The notes: generated by a model not told the origin, from the letters alone. A stretch of 64,000 nucleotides of DNA from Azolla caroliniana (GCA_043228905.1 JBHGNT010000013.1:6138001-6202000); one strand, 5' to 3'; shown: positions 35,323 through 49,479, counted from the first letter of the stretch. Translations and numbers: made by a program.

Positions 35323-37035
35323 CCATTAGACTATACATTGTAATACATAAAATATTATTTTCATTTATGTTTTATTATAGAAAATTGATGTATATTCCAA
35401 ATTTCTCTGGAACATTCTAGAAACTTCAGGAGTATTCCTTAGAACACTATAAAAGGAGGCACAAGGCATTATTTCGAACCAAATCGGTTCAACGCGAGTC
35501 TTAAGCCTCCTAACTACTGTACATTTTCTTCACATAATATATATCTTTTCTTATCATCACTCTCTCTCTCTCTCGATCTCTCTCTCCCTCCCTCTCACTC
35601 ACTCTTTCCTTCTCTCAAGAGTTCTTCACCTCTCTTAGTACTAATACTTCTTTTAGTACTAATTCCTTCTCTGTCTTAGTACTGTTCCTGACAGAAAGAG
35701 AATTAAAAATGGTGGCGGAGGAGGAACAACGGAAGACTGCCGACAACCTCCGTCGAGCAGAAGAAAGTTTGCGGAAGGGACACCAAGCCTATTACCGGCT
35801 TAAGGAAGAGAACGAAAAAGTGCTACAAGAGAAGGATAAACTCTGAAGGATGGCGGAAACAGAGATAGAGAGGCTCAAAGAAGAGCTTTGGCAGCAAAAG
35901 GATAGGGAAGACCGAGCTCGCCGCCAAATCAAGCAGAAGCTGAAGTAGAAAACCGAAGATTTTGACCGCCTGCACCGGGATTATACACATGTCGAGACGG
36001 AATACAAGAAGCTCATGACCGACAACGACCGGCAGCAAGAGAAGATGTTCTAGCTACGGAATGAAGTGCAATGGACAGAGACGGCACTAGCAGACAAACG
36101 GGCTGAGAAGGAAACCAGACGAGCTGAAGTGGCGCAGGAATGCATGGAACTCGAGATGCAACATCATGTGGAAACGGAACACGCTACCATGGTCTTACAA
36201 AGAGTGCAGACAATGTATCAGAATCAAATGGTGCGCTACAAGGACCAGGAGGTGGTGACGGCGAACCTGATCAAGTAGTTGAAAGATGACCGGCAGGCCG
36301 CTGAATACAAATCAAAGATGGGGCTGGAGCGGATCTGGTGCATTGTACATGCATGGAAGAATCGAACGAAGCGCTTGATTGAAGACAGCTCAGTATTATG
36401 GTGGTCAAAATGGGCGTAGAATGATGTTGAGCTACAGTTGCTGAGGGCGGACGTGGAAAACCGGCATAAAGAAGGCGATGAGATCTATTCGTAGCATTGG
36501 CTAATGAACAAATAACGGTGGTCCGGCAACTAGTGGCACAACTGGACGATGATCGGCTGGATAACCAAATCCAGTTTGAAAGTTACGAAAAGGAGAGGCT
36601 ACGGCAAGAGGCGACGAAGAGCATGCTAACAATCAATCTCATTGATGAAGAGCCATCGTCGGAGTAAGGGACGGACAGAGACAAGGCCGGGACAAGCCAA
36701 CCGAATGGCACTCAGGAGGAGAAGCCAAGGGAGGAAGATCCGCAACAACCACCGGCACCGAGAGCCGCACAGCAGCCATCGGAGGAGCAACGCCCAGAAG
36801 AGCCAGAGACTGCACAACAGCAGGAATCACGGCAACAGCCAACGGAGCAACAACGGGAGCAACGGTCAAAACCAATAGAGCAACCGCAGGAGGAGGAGCA
36901 ACAACAACGGTCCGATCAGCCTTCCGAAGAACCCTTAGAGCCCCTTGATCAGAGCATTCTGGATATTTTGGACGAGGATTGAAGGCCGGATAGTGGGATT
37001 CGATGTACAAGGTACTGTCCCATGGGCGTGCCATG

Positions 37036-37493
37036 TGTTAGCCAGCCGGCAAGGAGTGGAGGACAGTCCAGAATGTGAAAGGGCAGGAATAATCAGAAGT
37101 TTTTATTAGGATATTAAGTAATTAAGTAGATTTTGAGAAGGGAACGGACAGACCGGAATCGGTATGCCGATCCGGATCCAGACCGGTTCATATCAGTGTG
37201 CCGGTTGGCACCATTTTGTAGGCAGAGCCGGTAATCTATAAAAAGGCCCGATTACATTGTAAATGGGGATGGATAATTAATAAAGCTCTATTGTCTTATC
37301 TCTATGTATTGATTACCGTTCGGTGCTAATTACTTTCTATCTTACGCGTGTATTAAGATTCATGATGAGTTGCTCAAGTAACCGATTAAGGTCTGATTAA
37401 TCGTCGGTCTAACTCTATCTCACTGTAACACCCTTTTGTGAAGTGTCTTTCCGTAGAAACCCTGGGTTAGGCTATTGTCCGGCCCTTAGGAGT

Positions 37494-37497
<4 letters not shown>
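37036..37497 (+). repeat. Gypsy-B 3' LTR
   Basis: TGTTA..TAACA; preceded by GGGCGTGCCATG exactly as the Gypsy-A LTR is. Confidence 0.78.
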
Positions 37498-37528
<31 letters not shown>

Positions 37529-37591
37529 CTACGAGCACTCTCTGCTGTAACCGCTGTCTAGCGAAGATCATGAGCATGAGGTCGTTGCCTC

Positions 37592-40500
37592 TGTCAGGAA
37601 TAGTACTAAACAGAGATAGGATTAGTACTAAACAGAGAGAGAATTAGTACTAGAGAAGGGAAGTACTATTAGAACTAAGGGGACGGGACTGTGTAAGACT
37701 CCCGAGAGAGGAAGAGAGAAGAGGAGAGAGAGAGAGAGATAGCAAGGACGAGAGATGATGACAACAGATTATATATTATAAGAAGAGTAAGTACAAAAGG
37801 GCTATGAGGCTAAAGACTGGCGTTGAACCAATTTGGTTCAACATAATGCCTAGTGCCCTCTTTTATAGTGTTCTCAGGAGTAATCCTGAGGCTTCTAGAA
37901 TGTTCCAGAATATACATTAATTTCCTATAATAAAATGTAAATGAAAATAATATCCTATGTATTACAATAGATGATATAATGGTCAAGAGCTCGACCCATA
38001 TAACCTAAGGTCATGGGTTCGAGTCTTGCTATATCATGACACTATCCACCGTTTAAAACGACGAGTGTCACGAGTCTTTTTGGATGGAGGACCCGGTTTG
38101 TGTGGATATTGCCGATGGAAGTCTTCAAGAAGTGCACGAGCATTGGTCACATTCTCGATCGGTTCCCAAGTACGTTCGTTGGGACTATAGCCTAGCCAAT
38201 CGACTAGATAGTAGAGCTTGTTGTGAACAATCTTGGAATCAAGGATGGCGGCAACCTCGTACTCCGGTCCATCTTCAAGCTCGATCGGGGGTGGAGGTTC
38301 TACAATACGCCTTGGGATGGTGCTCTCGTGATAGGGTTCGAGGAGAGAACTATGAAACACCGGATGTATCTGCAATTGAGGAGGTAGATAGAGACGGAAA
38401 GCAACATCATTAATCTTCCTGATAATACGGAAAGGACCTAATCGCCGATAATCCAACTTCTCACATGGGCGAGTAGTCTTGATGTGTCATCGTAGCAGCC
38501 ACACCCGATCTCCAATGTTAAAACTAGATGGAAGTCGATGACGATCCGCGTAGACCTTGTGTGTTTGTTGAGCTTGCTAGAGATGAGTAGATAAATCTGC
38601 TTGTATCTTGCGTAACTGCTCCAAAAAATCCTCCGCGCAAGGATTTGTGGACACCTCTGGGGTTTCAAGTACACTCCACCGAGGGTGACATCCTGTATAA
38701 GCACAAAATGGCGAAACTTTAGTCGATGCGTGGATAGAGTTATTATAGGCAAATTCGGCGAAGTGGAGAATATCTACCCAGTTATCCTGATGATAGCTGA
38801 GAAAGCACCGCAGATATTGCCCCAACGTTTGATTTGTTCGTTCGGCTTGGCCGTCGGTTTGTGGGTGGTAGCTGGAGGAGAGGTTACAAGTGACCTTGAG
38901 CATTTTAAAAAGGTGCTTCCAGAATTTTAACACGAGCTGGGGTCCACAGTCGTTGACGATACTATCGGGAAGTCCATGATGTGGACATACTTCACACATG
39001 ACAATTTCGGCGGTGTCTTCACTGGAGATTTCCTTAGTACATGGCAAGAAATGAGCCATCTTTGTATATCGATCTACCATTGTTAGAATCGCATTGAACC
39101 CCTTAGAGACTGGAAGATTTGTGATGAAATCGAGAGCAATGGATTGCCATGGCCTGCTTGGAATTGGTAATGGTTCTAATAAACCATAGGGATGATGCCT
39201 TGGCATTTTCGCTTCGCAGTATGTATCATAAGTCCGAACAAAATCTTCGACAAATTGTCGCATACGGGGCCACCAGAATGATCGTTGTACTAAATCTTAT
39301 GTTTTAGTACTACCAAAATGCCCAGTTGTATATGCATCATGACAGTTTTGTACTACTCGAAGGCGGCAAGAACCATTAGGAACATACAAAAGTTCTTTAA
39401 AGAAGAGTAATCTATCATGGTATTTGAATTGCCAATGGTCCATACCTGGTGGTTGTGACTGTGAACACGACGCTCGAGAGGGATCAATTTGTGCTAGTAT
39501 AGCTTGGGCGAAAGCATCTGTCTTCAGGTCCGCACGTATGATATTGATAACGTGGGAATCCATGGGCATGCCAAAAACCTGTGTTGCTTGCAGTCATGCC
39601 GGTCCCAAGGTTACTTGCTTTTGGTTATCGAAAACCAACTCGCCGGGACGCGGTGTTAGATACGAACGCCGTGATAATGCATCTGCGTTCTCTTGGTGCT
39701 TCCCCGGACGATATGTAATTTTGAAGTCAAAACGCGTGAGGAAGTGGGCCCACCGAGCTTGTCGTCGATTTAACACACGGGCATCCTGAAAGTAGGCAAG
39801 GTTTTTATGGTTACTAAATACGGTGACTTGATGAGAGGATCCCTCTAAAAAATGCCTCCATTGCATAAACGAGTCCACTATTGGCAATAGCTCCTTATCA
39901 TGAATTTGGTAATTGATTTTTGCGTGAGTGAAAAGCCACAGGATGTAGCTTCTCATCGTGATCCCGTTGTGACTGAATGCTCCCCAATGTGAAATCCGAT
40001 GCGTCAGCTTTGATAATGAATGGTATTTTCGGATCGACATGAGCTAGAATTGCAGCGGATGTAAATGCCTTTTTAAGACTCTCGAAAGCCATATCTGCTT
40101 CTTCAGACCAAACGAACGATTGTCCCTTCTTGGTAAGCTGTGTGAGAGGTAGAACGAGCTTTGAGTAATCTTGTATAAACTTCCGGTAAAAATTGGCAAA
40201 GCCTAAAAAACATTGCACATCCTGCACCGAGCGCGGAGCCTGCCATTCTACCACCGTCTTGACCTTACCTGGGTCCATGGAGATGCCTTCTGATGAGATG
40301 ATGTAGCCGAGAAACTCCACTTGGTTGCAGCCGAAACTACATTTTTCTAGCTTTGTGTAAAGACCATGTTCTTGAAGTCGTTTTAGTACTAACAGTACAT
40401 GAGAATCATGCTCTTCTTCGGTCTTTGAATAAACTAGTAGATCATCCAAGTAGATGATCAGACACACATCCAAGAGATCTCGGAATATATTATTTGCCAT

Positions 40501-43284
40501 GTGCTGGAAGACGGCTGGCGCATTAGTGACGCCGAACGGCATGACCGTATACTGGAAGTGCCCATATCTAGTGCGGAACATGGTCTTCCATTCTTCTCCT
40601 GGTTGGATCCGTACAAGGTTATAGGCCCCCCCGTAAGTCAATCTTTGTGAAGAACCTGGCACCATTGATCCGTTCTAAAAGACTTGAGATAAGGGGAAGT
40701 GCATACCTATTGCGGATTGTAACTTTATTCAAGCCACGATAATCTACCACCAGACGAAGTGAGCCATCCTTTTTCTTGACAAAGAAAATGGGTGCGCCGG
40801 TTGGAGGTTTCGAATGTCGAATGAATCCATTCTCCAAATTCTCCTCTATGTAGGCTCGAAGGACTTCTAGCTCGGTTGGTGACAAATTGTAGATCGGTCC
40901 CCATGGTGGCTCTTTCCCCGGCTGTAAATCGATGGGGCAATCATATGGTCGATGGTGAGGAAGTGTATTGGCTCGTACTTTATCGAATACATCGGCATAA
41001 TGATGTTACTTCTTTAGAAGTTGAATGGTGGACTCCTTTGTAATGGTGTTGGAGGGTTTTAGTGATATTGCAAAGAGAAACATTTCTTCCTTGCGTCCTT
41101 CTTCCCGCAACTGATGTAGTGAAATGGTGGCAATCTTCTGAGTAGATCCTCGGGTTTGTCGACACTGGATTTCTTTTGTTCTCCAATCTATGTCTGCGTT
41201 ATGTAACTCGAACCATGGTAATCCCAAAACGATGGGATGTTCTGGGATACTAATAATGTTAAATGATACTACACATGCTAAGTTATCTAGGACAATATTA
41301 ACGGGTTCTGACTCTTCTATGATATTTCCGGAAGCAATGGGACGACCATCAATGAAAACTACAGAGGCTGGACACGGAAGTTTTCTAAGAGATATCTAAT
41401 GAGCTTGGGCAAAATTCCTATCCATAAAGCAAGAATTAGCTCCGGAGTCTAGAAGTGCTAAGACGTGTACTAGAGGGGTACTTTTAGTACTAACTGTTAC
41501 TTGGGCTACGAACACATTGCTAACTTGCTTAGAGGGAATGGAACCACTAATGGGGTGCACAGATCTAGGGCTGTCCAACCAAACGACTCCTATTTTGGTT
41601 GGACTTAGTTGTTTAACTCTTCTTCTAAATGACTAAGGACATCAAATTTGTTCGCTAGATCTAGGCTATTAGTACTATTAGTACTATCAGATATCCCTAC
41701 TATAATAGGCTCGGGTTTAGTAAAATTAGAACTAGCAACTATTTGGTTTACCTGTCTTCTTGGCCTATGGGGACAATTTATTGCAATGTGTCCTGGTCCA
41801 CCGCAGTAGAGACATAGTTGATTTGTTCGGTGACACTGCTTTTCTTCTTCGGATAATGGTCCTCGACGACGTGTAGTGTCAATCTCCATCGGAGTCGGAG
41901 TATTCACTAGACGCGCATTATAGTACTCCCTGGGTAAAGGTTTTGCTACCATTGAGGCGTAGGTGGGATCTGATCTTGCCCTCGGCATCTGTAGCTGTCG
42001 TTCTGAACGTCGCTCAAAGAGGCGGTTATTACATCTTACCGCGCGACTAATTGCTTCTGTTAAGGACTTTGGCTCTTCAGGGAAAGTCAAGAGTAAATCC
42101 TTGACATCGTTGTGTAAACCATAACGAAATTGGTCCATCAACACTTGATCATCCCAAGGGATGTTAGCGGCGAGTAGACGGAAATCTGCAACGTATGCAG
42201 AGGCTGGACGGTCTCCTTGGCGTAATCGCCGGATTTTGTTGATTGCGGTCCTTATGCTGTCAGTATCCCCAAAGCATGCTTTAAACTCACCTATAAACTC
42301 TTCAAAGTTGTTGAGTAATGGAAACTCCTTTTCCAACAGTGGAGCGAACCATGCCAACACTGAGCCACTTAACAGCATCCCTACTAAACCCACTCGTGAT
42401 GCATCGGTAGGATATCGGGAAGGATGCATTTGAATAACTAATCGTACCTAATTAAGGAACCCTCTAAACTACGATCGTGTTCCATCGAACTTCGTGGGAA
42501 GGCCAATCTTGGGTTCCTTATGAATCCCTTGTGTTCCGGGGCCTTGTTGTTGCATCGCTACGATGGTTGCTTCGAGTTGTTGCACGCGTAATGCAAGTTC
42601 CCTATGTTGTTGTTGAGTTTGTTGCTTTTCTAAGGAGATTTGTTGAAGATCCCCCAGCAACCGTTGATTTTCTTGTTCCAAAGCAAGGAACTTCTCTTTC
42701 AAGCATTGAAACTTCGAGAAAACAGATTAATATTCCTGAGCGCTAACTATGGCCATGGGATGAAAAGAAAAGAGAAATAAGAGATTAGTATGAAGCGAGA
42801 GAGACAAAAAGAAAATTGGTTCAAACTGTCACGAGTAGTACTAAACAGAGATAGGATTAGTACTAAATAGAGAGAGAATTAGTACTAGAGAAGGGAAGTA
42901 CTATTAGAATTAAGGGGACGGGACTGTGTAAGACTCCCGAGAGAGGAAGAGAGAAGAGGGGAGAGAGAGAGATAGCGAGGACGAGAGATGATGACAACAG
43001 ATTATATATTATAAGAAGAGTAAGTAGAAAAGGGCTATGAGGCTAAAGACTGGTGTTGAACCAATTCGGTTCAACATAATGCCTAGTGCCCTCTTTTATA
43101 GTGTTCTTAGGAGTAATCCTGAGGCTTCTAGAATGTTCCAGAGAAATCTGGAATATACATTAATTTCCTATAATAAAATGTAAATGAAAATAATATCCTA
43201 CGTATTACAATAGATGATATAATGGTCAAGAGCTCGACCCATATAACCTAAGGTCATGGGTTCGAGTCTTGCCATATCATGACA
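37592..43284 (-). mobile_element. Tcn1-b: second full-length Tcn1-like chromovirus, different LTR subfamily, disabled gag-pol at about 38034-42757
   Basis: LTRs 37592-38041 and 42827-43284, TSD GCCTC (37587-37591, 43285-43289), same domain motifs and chromodomain as Tcn1-a. Confidence 0.96.
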
Positions 43285-46200
43285 GCCTCTATGCCTCCAC
43301 TTTGTATTTCCTCTCATATAGTGATAGTTGGAGTTCGTGTGCTCCTGTGGTTTTTCCCTATTAGGGTTTTCCACGTAAACATCCTGTGTCATTTCTGTGT
43401 ACTCTCTCGTTCTTTCCCATTTCTGTGATCCAAGACTCAGTTGTGGCCGAGCGATATTCCGCGCAATTCCTCACAAACTGGTATAAGAGCGAACAACACA
43501 GAAAATGGAAGAATTGTTCGGCGGCATGTTCAAACTCACCGGCTCCAACTACTAAGTGTGGAAGTCGAAGATGAGGGATATGCTAGTGGTCAAAGATCTT
43601 TGGTTGCCGGTTTAGTTCGGGGACAAGAGACCGGATAAGATCGACGCCACAGTGTGGGAGGTGATGCACATGAAGAAGATGGCATACATCCGGTGGTTCA
43701 TCGAGATGAGCTTGTACAACAACTTCAATGAAGAAAGTAAGGCTCATGAACTCTAGGAGAAGATCGACATCATGTTCTAGAACACGAATGCTGTTAACCG
43801 GGTTTCAGTATTCTGAAAACTAGTGAGGCTCCAGTACCAAGATGGCTCCAGCATGGCAGAGCACATGAATGCCTTCTAGGGGCTAATACATCAAGCAACA
43901 TCGTTGGAAGTACCTCTCGTCGATGAGCAACTAGCATTTCTCCTGCTCGGTTCCCTCCTGGATAGTTGGGAGACGTTAGTTGTCATGTTGGGCAACGTTG
44001 GGCCGGAAGGAAAACAGTTGTCCCTAGTGAGGGTAAAATCAAGCCTACTAGATGAAGAAGCTCGCCGGAAGGACCAGGAGTCTGGAACCGATTTGAAGGC
44101 CTTGGTCACGTAAGATGACCACAACTGGGGAAGAGGCCGGTATCAGAGTCCCCAAAACCGGGACAAATCGGAGACGAGGTCGAAGTCAAGGGGGAGGCCC
44201 CCGTGCTTCTATTGCGGGAAGCCGGGACACTTCTAGAAGAACTGCCGGCATTTCCGGAAGTGACGAGAAATATGCGGAATAATCTCCAGCCACAACCGAA
44301 GCGTAGATCACTTGATGAAAATCAAACAAAGAAGAAATGGGAATGAAGGTAAGTACACAAACAGAAAGAGAATACACAGGATGTTAACGTGGAAAACCCT
44401 GAGAGGGAAAAACCACGGGAGTCTAGAGACTCCAAACTATCACTATGTCAAAGAGTACAATAGGGAGCACAGAGGCAACGACCTCTTGCTCACAATCTTC
44501 GCCTGGCGGTGGTTACAACAGAGACATGCTCTGTATCGCTCTCTCTCTCTCACACAGTACAGTCGTTACACCAATTACCCTATACAAAGATAATAACAGC
44601 AACTATGATGATTATTACACACTGTTTGCCCTAGGTCACATTTATACTAATATGACATTAGGACTATTTATAGATATAGCCCCAATGGGCTCTCAGAAAC
44701 ATATCTACATATATGTCCCTTCATCCGGTAAGAGGTTCTCACCGGGCTTGCATCATCCGGTTCTCACCGGGTCTTCCTTGCCGGGTACTCATCATCCGGT
44801 TCTCACCAGGTTTGCATCATCCGGTTCTCACCGGGTCTTCTGATACCAAGCCTTCGTATCCCATCTGGAGGGACCAAGATCCTAACAAACTCCCCCTTCA
44901 CTTTGGCATGGGATGCATCGTCAATCCGATCCGCTTCCGGCATGCGTCTAGCTTGTCGGGCGTCAACACCTTGGTCAGCATATCCGACCCGTTCTCCTCC
45001 ATGTGGATCTTTGTCAGCACGAACTCTCGGTCTTCTACTCGCTCCCGAATCCAATGGTACCTCCGCTGGATGTGCTTCGTCTTGGAATGATACACTGCAT
45101 TCTTTGCAAGGTGGATGACACTTTGACTATCGCAATAGAGCAGGTATTCCTCTTGCCGGATCCCTAGCTCTTTGATGAAGTCCTTCATCCATAGTATTTC
45201 CTTGCCGGCTTCCACAACCGCCATGTACTCCGCTTCCGTGGTTGACAACGCAACCGTCTTCTGCACTCTCGATTGCCACGAAACAACTCCCCTCGCATAT
45301 GTCATGACATATCCAGATGTTGACGGGCTGGTATCCGCATCAGCCGAGATATCCGAATTGGTGAAACCGTCAAGTTGGGGTTTACCGGAGCCGAATCGGA
45401 GACACATACTTGAGGTGCCTTTCAAGTATCGGAGTATCCATTTTACGGCATTCTAGTGCTCCTTGCCGGGATTGCTCATAAACCGGCTCACTACTCTGAT
45501 TGCATATCCAATATCCGGTCGGGTACACACCATTGCGTACATTAGGCTCCCGGTGGCAGAGGCATATGGTATCTTCATCATATCCGCCTTCTCTTCCTTC
45601 GTCTTCGGGCTTTGTTTACCGGATACCCTGCAGTTATCCGGAAGTGTCGATCCGACCGGTTTTGCATTTGACATGTTGAACCACTGAAGCACCTTTGTCA
45701 CGTACTTCTCTTGTGACAGCAACAATTACTTTGTTGGCCGGTCCCGGATGATATGCACCCCCAACATCTGTCTTGCCGGAACCAAGTCTTTCATTGAGAA
45801 GGTCCGGTTCAGGGCCTTCTTCAGCATCCGTATCTTGACTTGGTCTCGTCCGACGATCAACATGTTGTCCATGTACAAGAGGAGTATTAGGAAGTCTCCA
45901 CCTTCGAACTTCTTCACAAATACAGAGTGATCGGCCTCCGTCTTGTGGTACCCTTGATCGGTCATGAAGGAGTCGAACTTCTGGTACCATTGCCGGGGAG
46001 CCTGCTTCAACCCATAAATGCTCTTTTTTAACCGGCAAACCAGGTGCTCCTTCCCTTTCTTCACAAATCCCTTCGGTTGCTGCATGTAGATCTCCTCTTC
46101 GAGGTCGTCATGGAGGAACGCCGTCTTCACGTCTAATTGCTCTACATCGAGGTCCATGCTTGCCGCTATGCTCAACACCGTCTGGATGGAAGTCATCTTT

Positions 46201-46923
46201 ACTACCGGGGCAAATATCTCGTCGAAGTCCACGCCCTTCTTCTACTTGAACCCCTTCACCACGATCCTGGCTTTGTTCCTTGGAGGGTTGCCGACATCTC
46301 CCGGTTTCAACTTGTACACCCACTTGCTTCGGAGTGCCCTCTTTCCTTTCGGCAACTCCACCAATTCATACGTGTGGTTCTCATGCAGAGAATCCATCTC
46401 GTCCTGCATGACACTCAACCACTTGCGGCTATGGGTGTCATCCTTCGCTTCTTCGAAGCTTTCTGGCTCCCCCTCATCGGTCAGCAGCACATGCTCTGCA
46501 TCCGGAAATCGCCGGGGGGCCCTTTTCTCTCTGAGAGGATATCTCCATCTTTGGCTTTCGGCAACTGGCTCCTCTATTTGTTCTTCATCCTAATCCGATT
46601 TGGGGTCTTGGCCGATTCCGGTTTCAGCCTCCTCTACTTCTTCTTTTGCCGGTTCGGTATCCTCACCGTAACCGGCTGGTTCCTCGAGTGTCAACCGGCT
46701 CTTAGCCGGGTGGGTCCGAATCTCATCGGAGTTCATTATCTTCTTCTCCGACTCCCAGTCGGCAAGAGTCTTGTCCTCCATGAAGATAATATCTAGGCTT
46801 CGGAAAAACCTTCTTGTCAACTGGATCCCACACTCAGTAGCCGAACTCATCATCGCCGTATCCAAGGAATATGCATGGCCGGGTCTTTGTATCCAACTTT
46901 CCTCTCCGGTCCTTAGCAACATG

Positions 46924-47611
46924 TGTTAAGAAAATGTGAAGAAGGCACTCGGGCTCTTCTTATGTGCGCGGCGGATCGTGGTGTGCTGGATCGTTTGGTG
47001 CTCAAACACAGAAGGGAAGGGGGAAGGAGACTTACCTCTGTAGTAGCCAAAACTTCTTCTATTTCATTACACGCAGAGCTCTACTTGCTCTTGTATGTTT
47101 CTCTCTTTTGCTCTCACTCTTTGAGTTCTTCCTGTCTATCCTCACTCTCTCTCTTAGGGTTCTACTTCCTGTATCTTTCTTCCTTACCTACTCTCTTACT
47201 TTTTACCTAAGTAATAAGTTACTTACATATGCAACTAATTAGCTGCCTGTAGCTAATTAGGTGTCAGTCGCTAAATAGTTGTCAGTAGCTAATTAGTTGT
47301 TTCTCTTTTATGTTCACAAGTAGCTAAATAGCTACTATAGCTTATTTCCCAATAAGCATCACATACCATGTTGAGCTTGCTTCTCAACACTCCCCCTCAA
47401 GCTCAACTTATCCTTTCTTGGGGTTATCTACAACTTCTTTTCCATGATGCTTTTCAGCCATCATATTAGTGTCTACAACTCCCATCATGTTCCGAAACTG
47501 TGCCATCATGCTAATTAGTTGTTTCTCCTTTATGTTCACAAGTAGCTAAATAGCTACTATAGCTTATTTCCCAATAAGCATCACATACCATGTTGAGCTT
47601 GCTTCTCAACA
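46924..47611 (-). mobile_element. Copia-5: internally deleted element (3' LTR 46924-47389, PPT, about 120 bp of pol end, partial 5' LTR 47509-47611)
   Basis: TSD ACATG (46919-46923, 47612-47616); about 100-bp direct repeat; PPT GAGGGGGAG; residual coding QFRNMMGVV. Confidence 0.85.
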
Positions 47612-49479
47612 ACATGCACGTCCGCGAGACACCCAAACACCTTGAAATGCCGGTAGGACACTTCCTTACTGGTCCACACCTTTTGTGGCGTGTCTCCATC
47701 CGAGGGCACTGAGGGTGATCTGTTTATCACATACCTCGCTGTCGACAGCGCCTCAGCCCAAAACGTCTTGGGTAGTTTAGCATGTGCTAGCATACTCCGG
47801 ACCCTCTCCATTATGGTCTGGTTCATCCTCTCGGCTAGCCCGTCTAGTTCCGACGTCTTCGGCATGGTAAATTCGAGCCGGATTCCCTTCGAGCGGCTGT
47901 CCTCTTCGAAATGCCCCCGGTATTCCCCTCCGTTATCTACTCGAACCGCCTTCAGCTTCTGTCCGGTTTCTCTTTCCACTCTTGCGTGGAGCTCCTTGAA
48001 GACGGATAACACTTGATCCTTCATCTTGAACGGTGTGGCCCACAGCCTCCTACTGTGGTCATCTATGAACGTCATGATGTACTGCGCTCCGGCATGGGAC
48101 TTCGTGTCCACTTGACACACATCGGTGTGCATCAACTCCAATGGTGCATTACGTTTCATCGGTGGCGTTGATTGGAAGGAGGTTCGGTTTTTACCGGCAA
48201 GGCAGTCGGTGCAACTCTCAAGATGCACGTTCTTCACCGGAATGAGGTTGTCATCGGCAAGCCTCTTCATCCCCTTCACGCTCATGTGACACAGTCTCTT
48301 CTGCCACAACTCACCGGCAGTGTCGGAAGCCACGTTCACTTCTTCCGGGCATAACCGGGCATTCATAAGGTACAACGTGTTGATCTTCCGGGCCCGAGCC
48401 ACTATCAGGCTCCCTTTGCTAAATTTCATGACTCCGTTCTGGATGCTACCCATGTAGCCTTCATCATCTAGTCGACCAGCTGATATCAAGTTCAGTCGAA
48501 CCTCTGGATCGTGTCCGACATCCTTCAGCAGCAACTTGCATCTAGTTGGTGTTGTCCAACCACACGTCTCCTATGCTGACAATTCGGCATCTACCTTCAT
48601 TCCCCATCTGGACACAGCCGTGATCACCGGCTGTGTAGGATGAGAAGCATTTCCGGTCCCGGGTAAGGTGGAACGACGCTCCCGAATCGACAACCCATGT
48701 TGTATCATTGCCGGCAAGGTTCAACTCACTCTCCTCAGTGATGAGCATCAACTCTTCTTCACTTGCCGCTGTCGTAGTGTATTCCACACACTACGTGAAA
48801 ACCATAAAATAATATATCCGATTTTAGATACATATAAATAAATAAATAATATATCAAAAGAATTTATCACGTGCATAGGGCAGGATTCAAACCATGCACC
48901 TCCACATAGATAAACCCTAACTTTACCATTGTAATTACTTATCTTTAGTGTTATAAATATAGATTTAATACGTATAAGACCTTTATTTACACATACCTTT
49001 ATTAAAGGGTAAAAATCATGTATTCTTTAGAGTGTGAATATTTTATTTACACGTGACATTAAAAGTGACTCATGCACATCTAGCGTGCATGAGCCCTATA
49101 TTTAGGAAATGACAAAGCATCACATGCACATTTAGTGTGCATGGACACTTTAGGTGAAAAAGCATGAAGCCATGCTTAGCCTCTTCCATCTTTATATAAG
49201 GAGGAGAGAAATATGTATAAGGTTGTTGATTAATATAGAAGAATTGATCAATCTAATATATTCGTGGGATTCACGAATTTTGCTATCTAAATTACTCTTA
49301 TAATCTAAATATTGTTTTAAAATACACTAAACTCGTGGGATTCACGAGATTGCTATCTTACTTCTCTTCCTATTATTCATAACTAGCCTTAAGTTGTATT
49401 CCTCTTCCTCCTAGTCCAAAACCTCGGCGGTTCCCACCCGACTCACGCAACGATCCAGAGCCGAAAGGCACGACACAGT

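Larger units (their letters stand above)
30052..35693 (+). mobile_element. Tcn1-a: full-length chromovirus (Tcn1-like Gypsy)
   Basis: 430-bp LTRs 30052-30481 and 35264-35693 (about 9 differences seen), TSD GAAAG, PPT AAAGGGAGGATAG, C-terminal chromodomain. Confidence 0.96.
28340..36982 (+). pseudogene. Gypsy-B extra ORF, roughly 1000 codons once Tcn1-a is removed (28340-30051 plus 35699-36982)
   Basis: Conserved N-terminal domain, Pro/Gln/Glu linker, coiled-coil-like segment that continues across the GAAAG TSD, acidic C-terminus; several stops and frameshifts. Confidence 0.7.
28245..37497 (+). mobile_element. Gypsy-B: 5'-deleted relative of Gypsy-A (extra ORF plus 3' LTR only), sitting in the GA microsatellite of the Copia-3 LTR and interrupted by Tcn1-a
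   Basis: Extra-ORF similarity to 248-1285 and 18617-18925; LTR 37036-37497 with TGTTA..TAACA. Confidence 0.8.
27964..44260 (+). mobile_element. Copia-3 (relative of Copia-2): 5' LTR split into 27964-28244, 37498-37591 and 43290-43475, PBS 43479-43490, gag 43505-44260, then cut by Copia-4
   Basis: The pieces are collinear with the reverse complement of the Copia-2 LTR; PBS TGGTATAAGAGC; gag MEELFGGMFKLTGSNY to the zinc knuckle. Confidence 0.85.
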
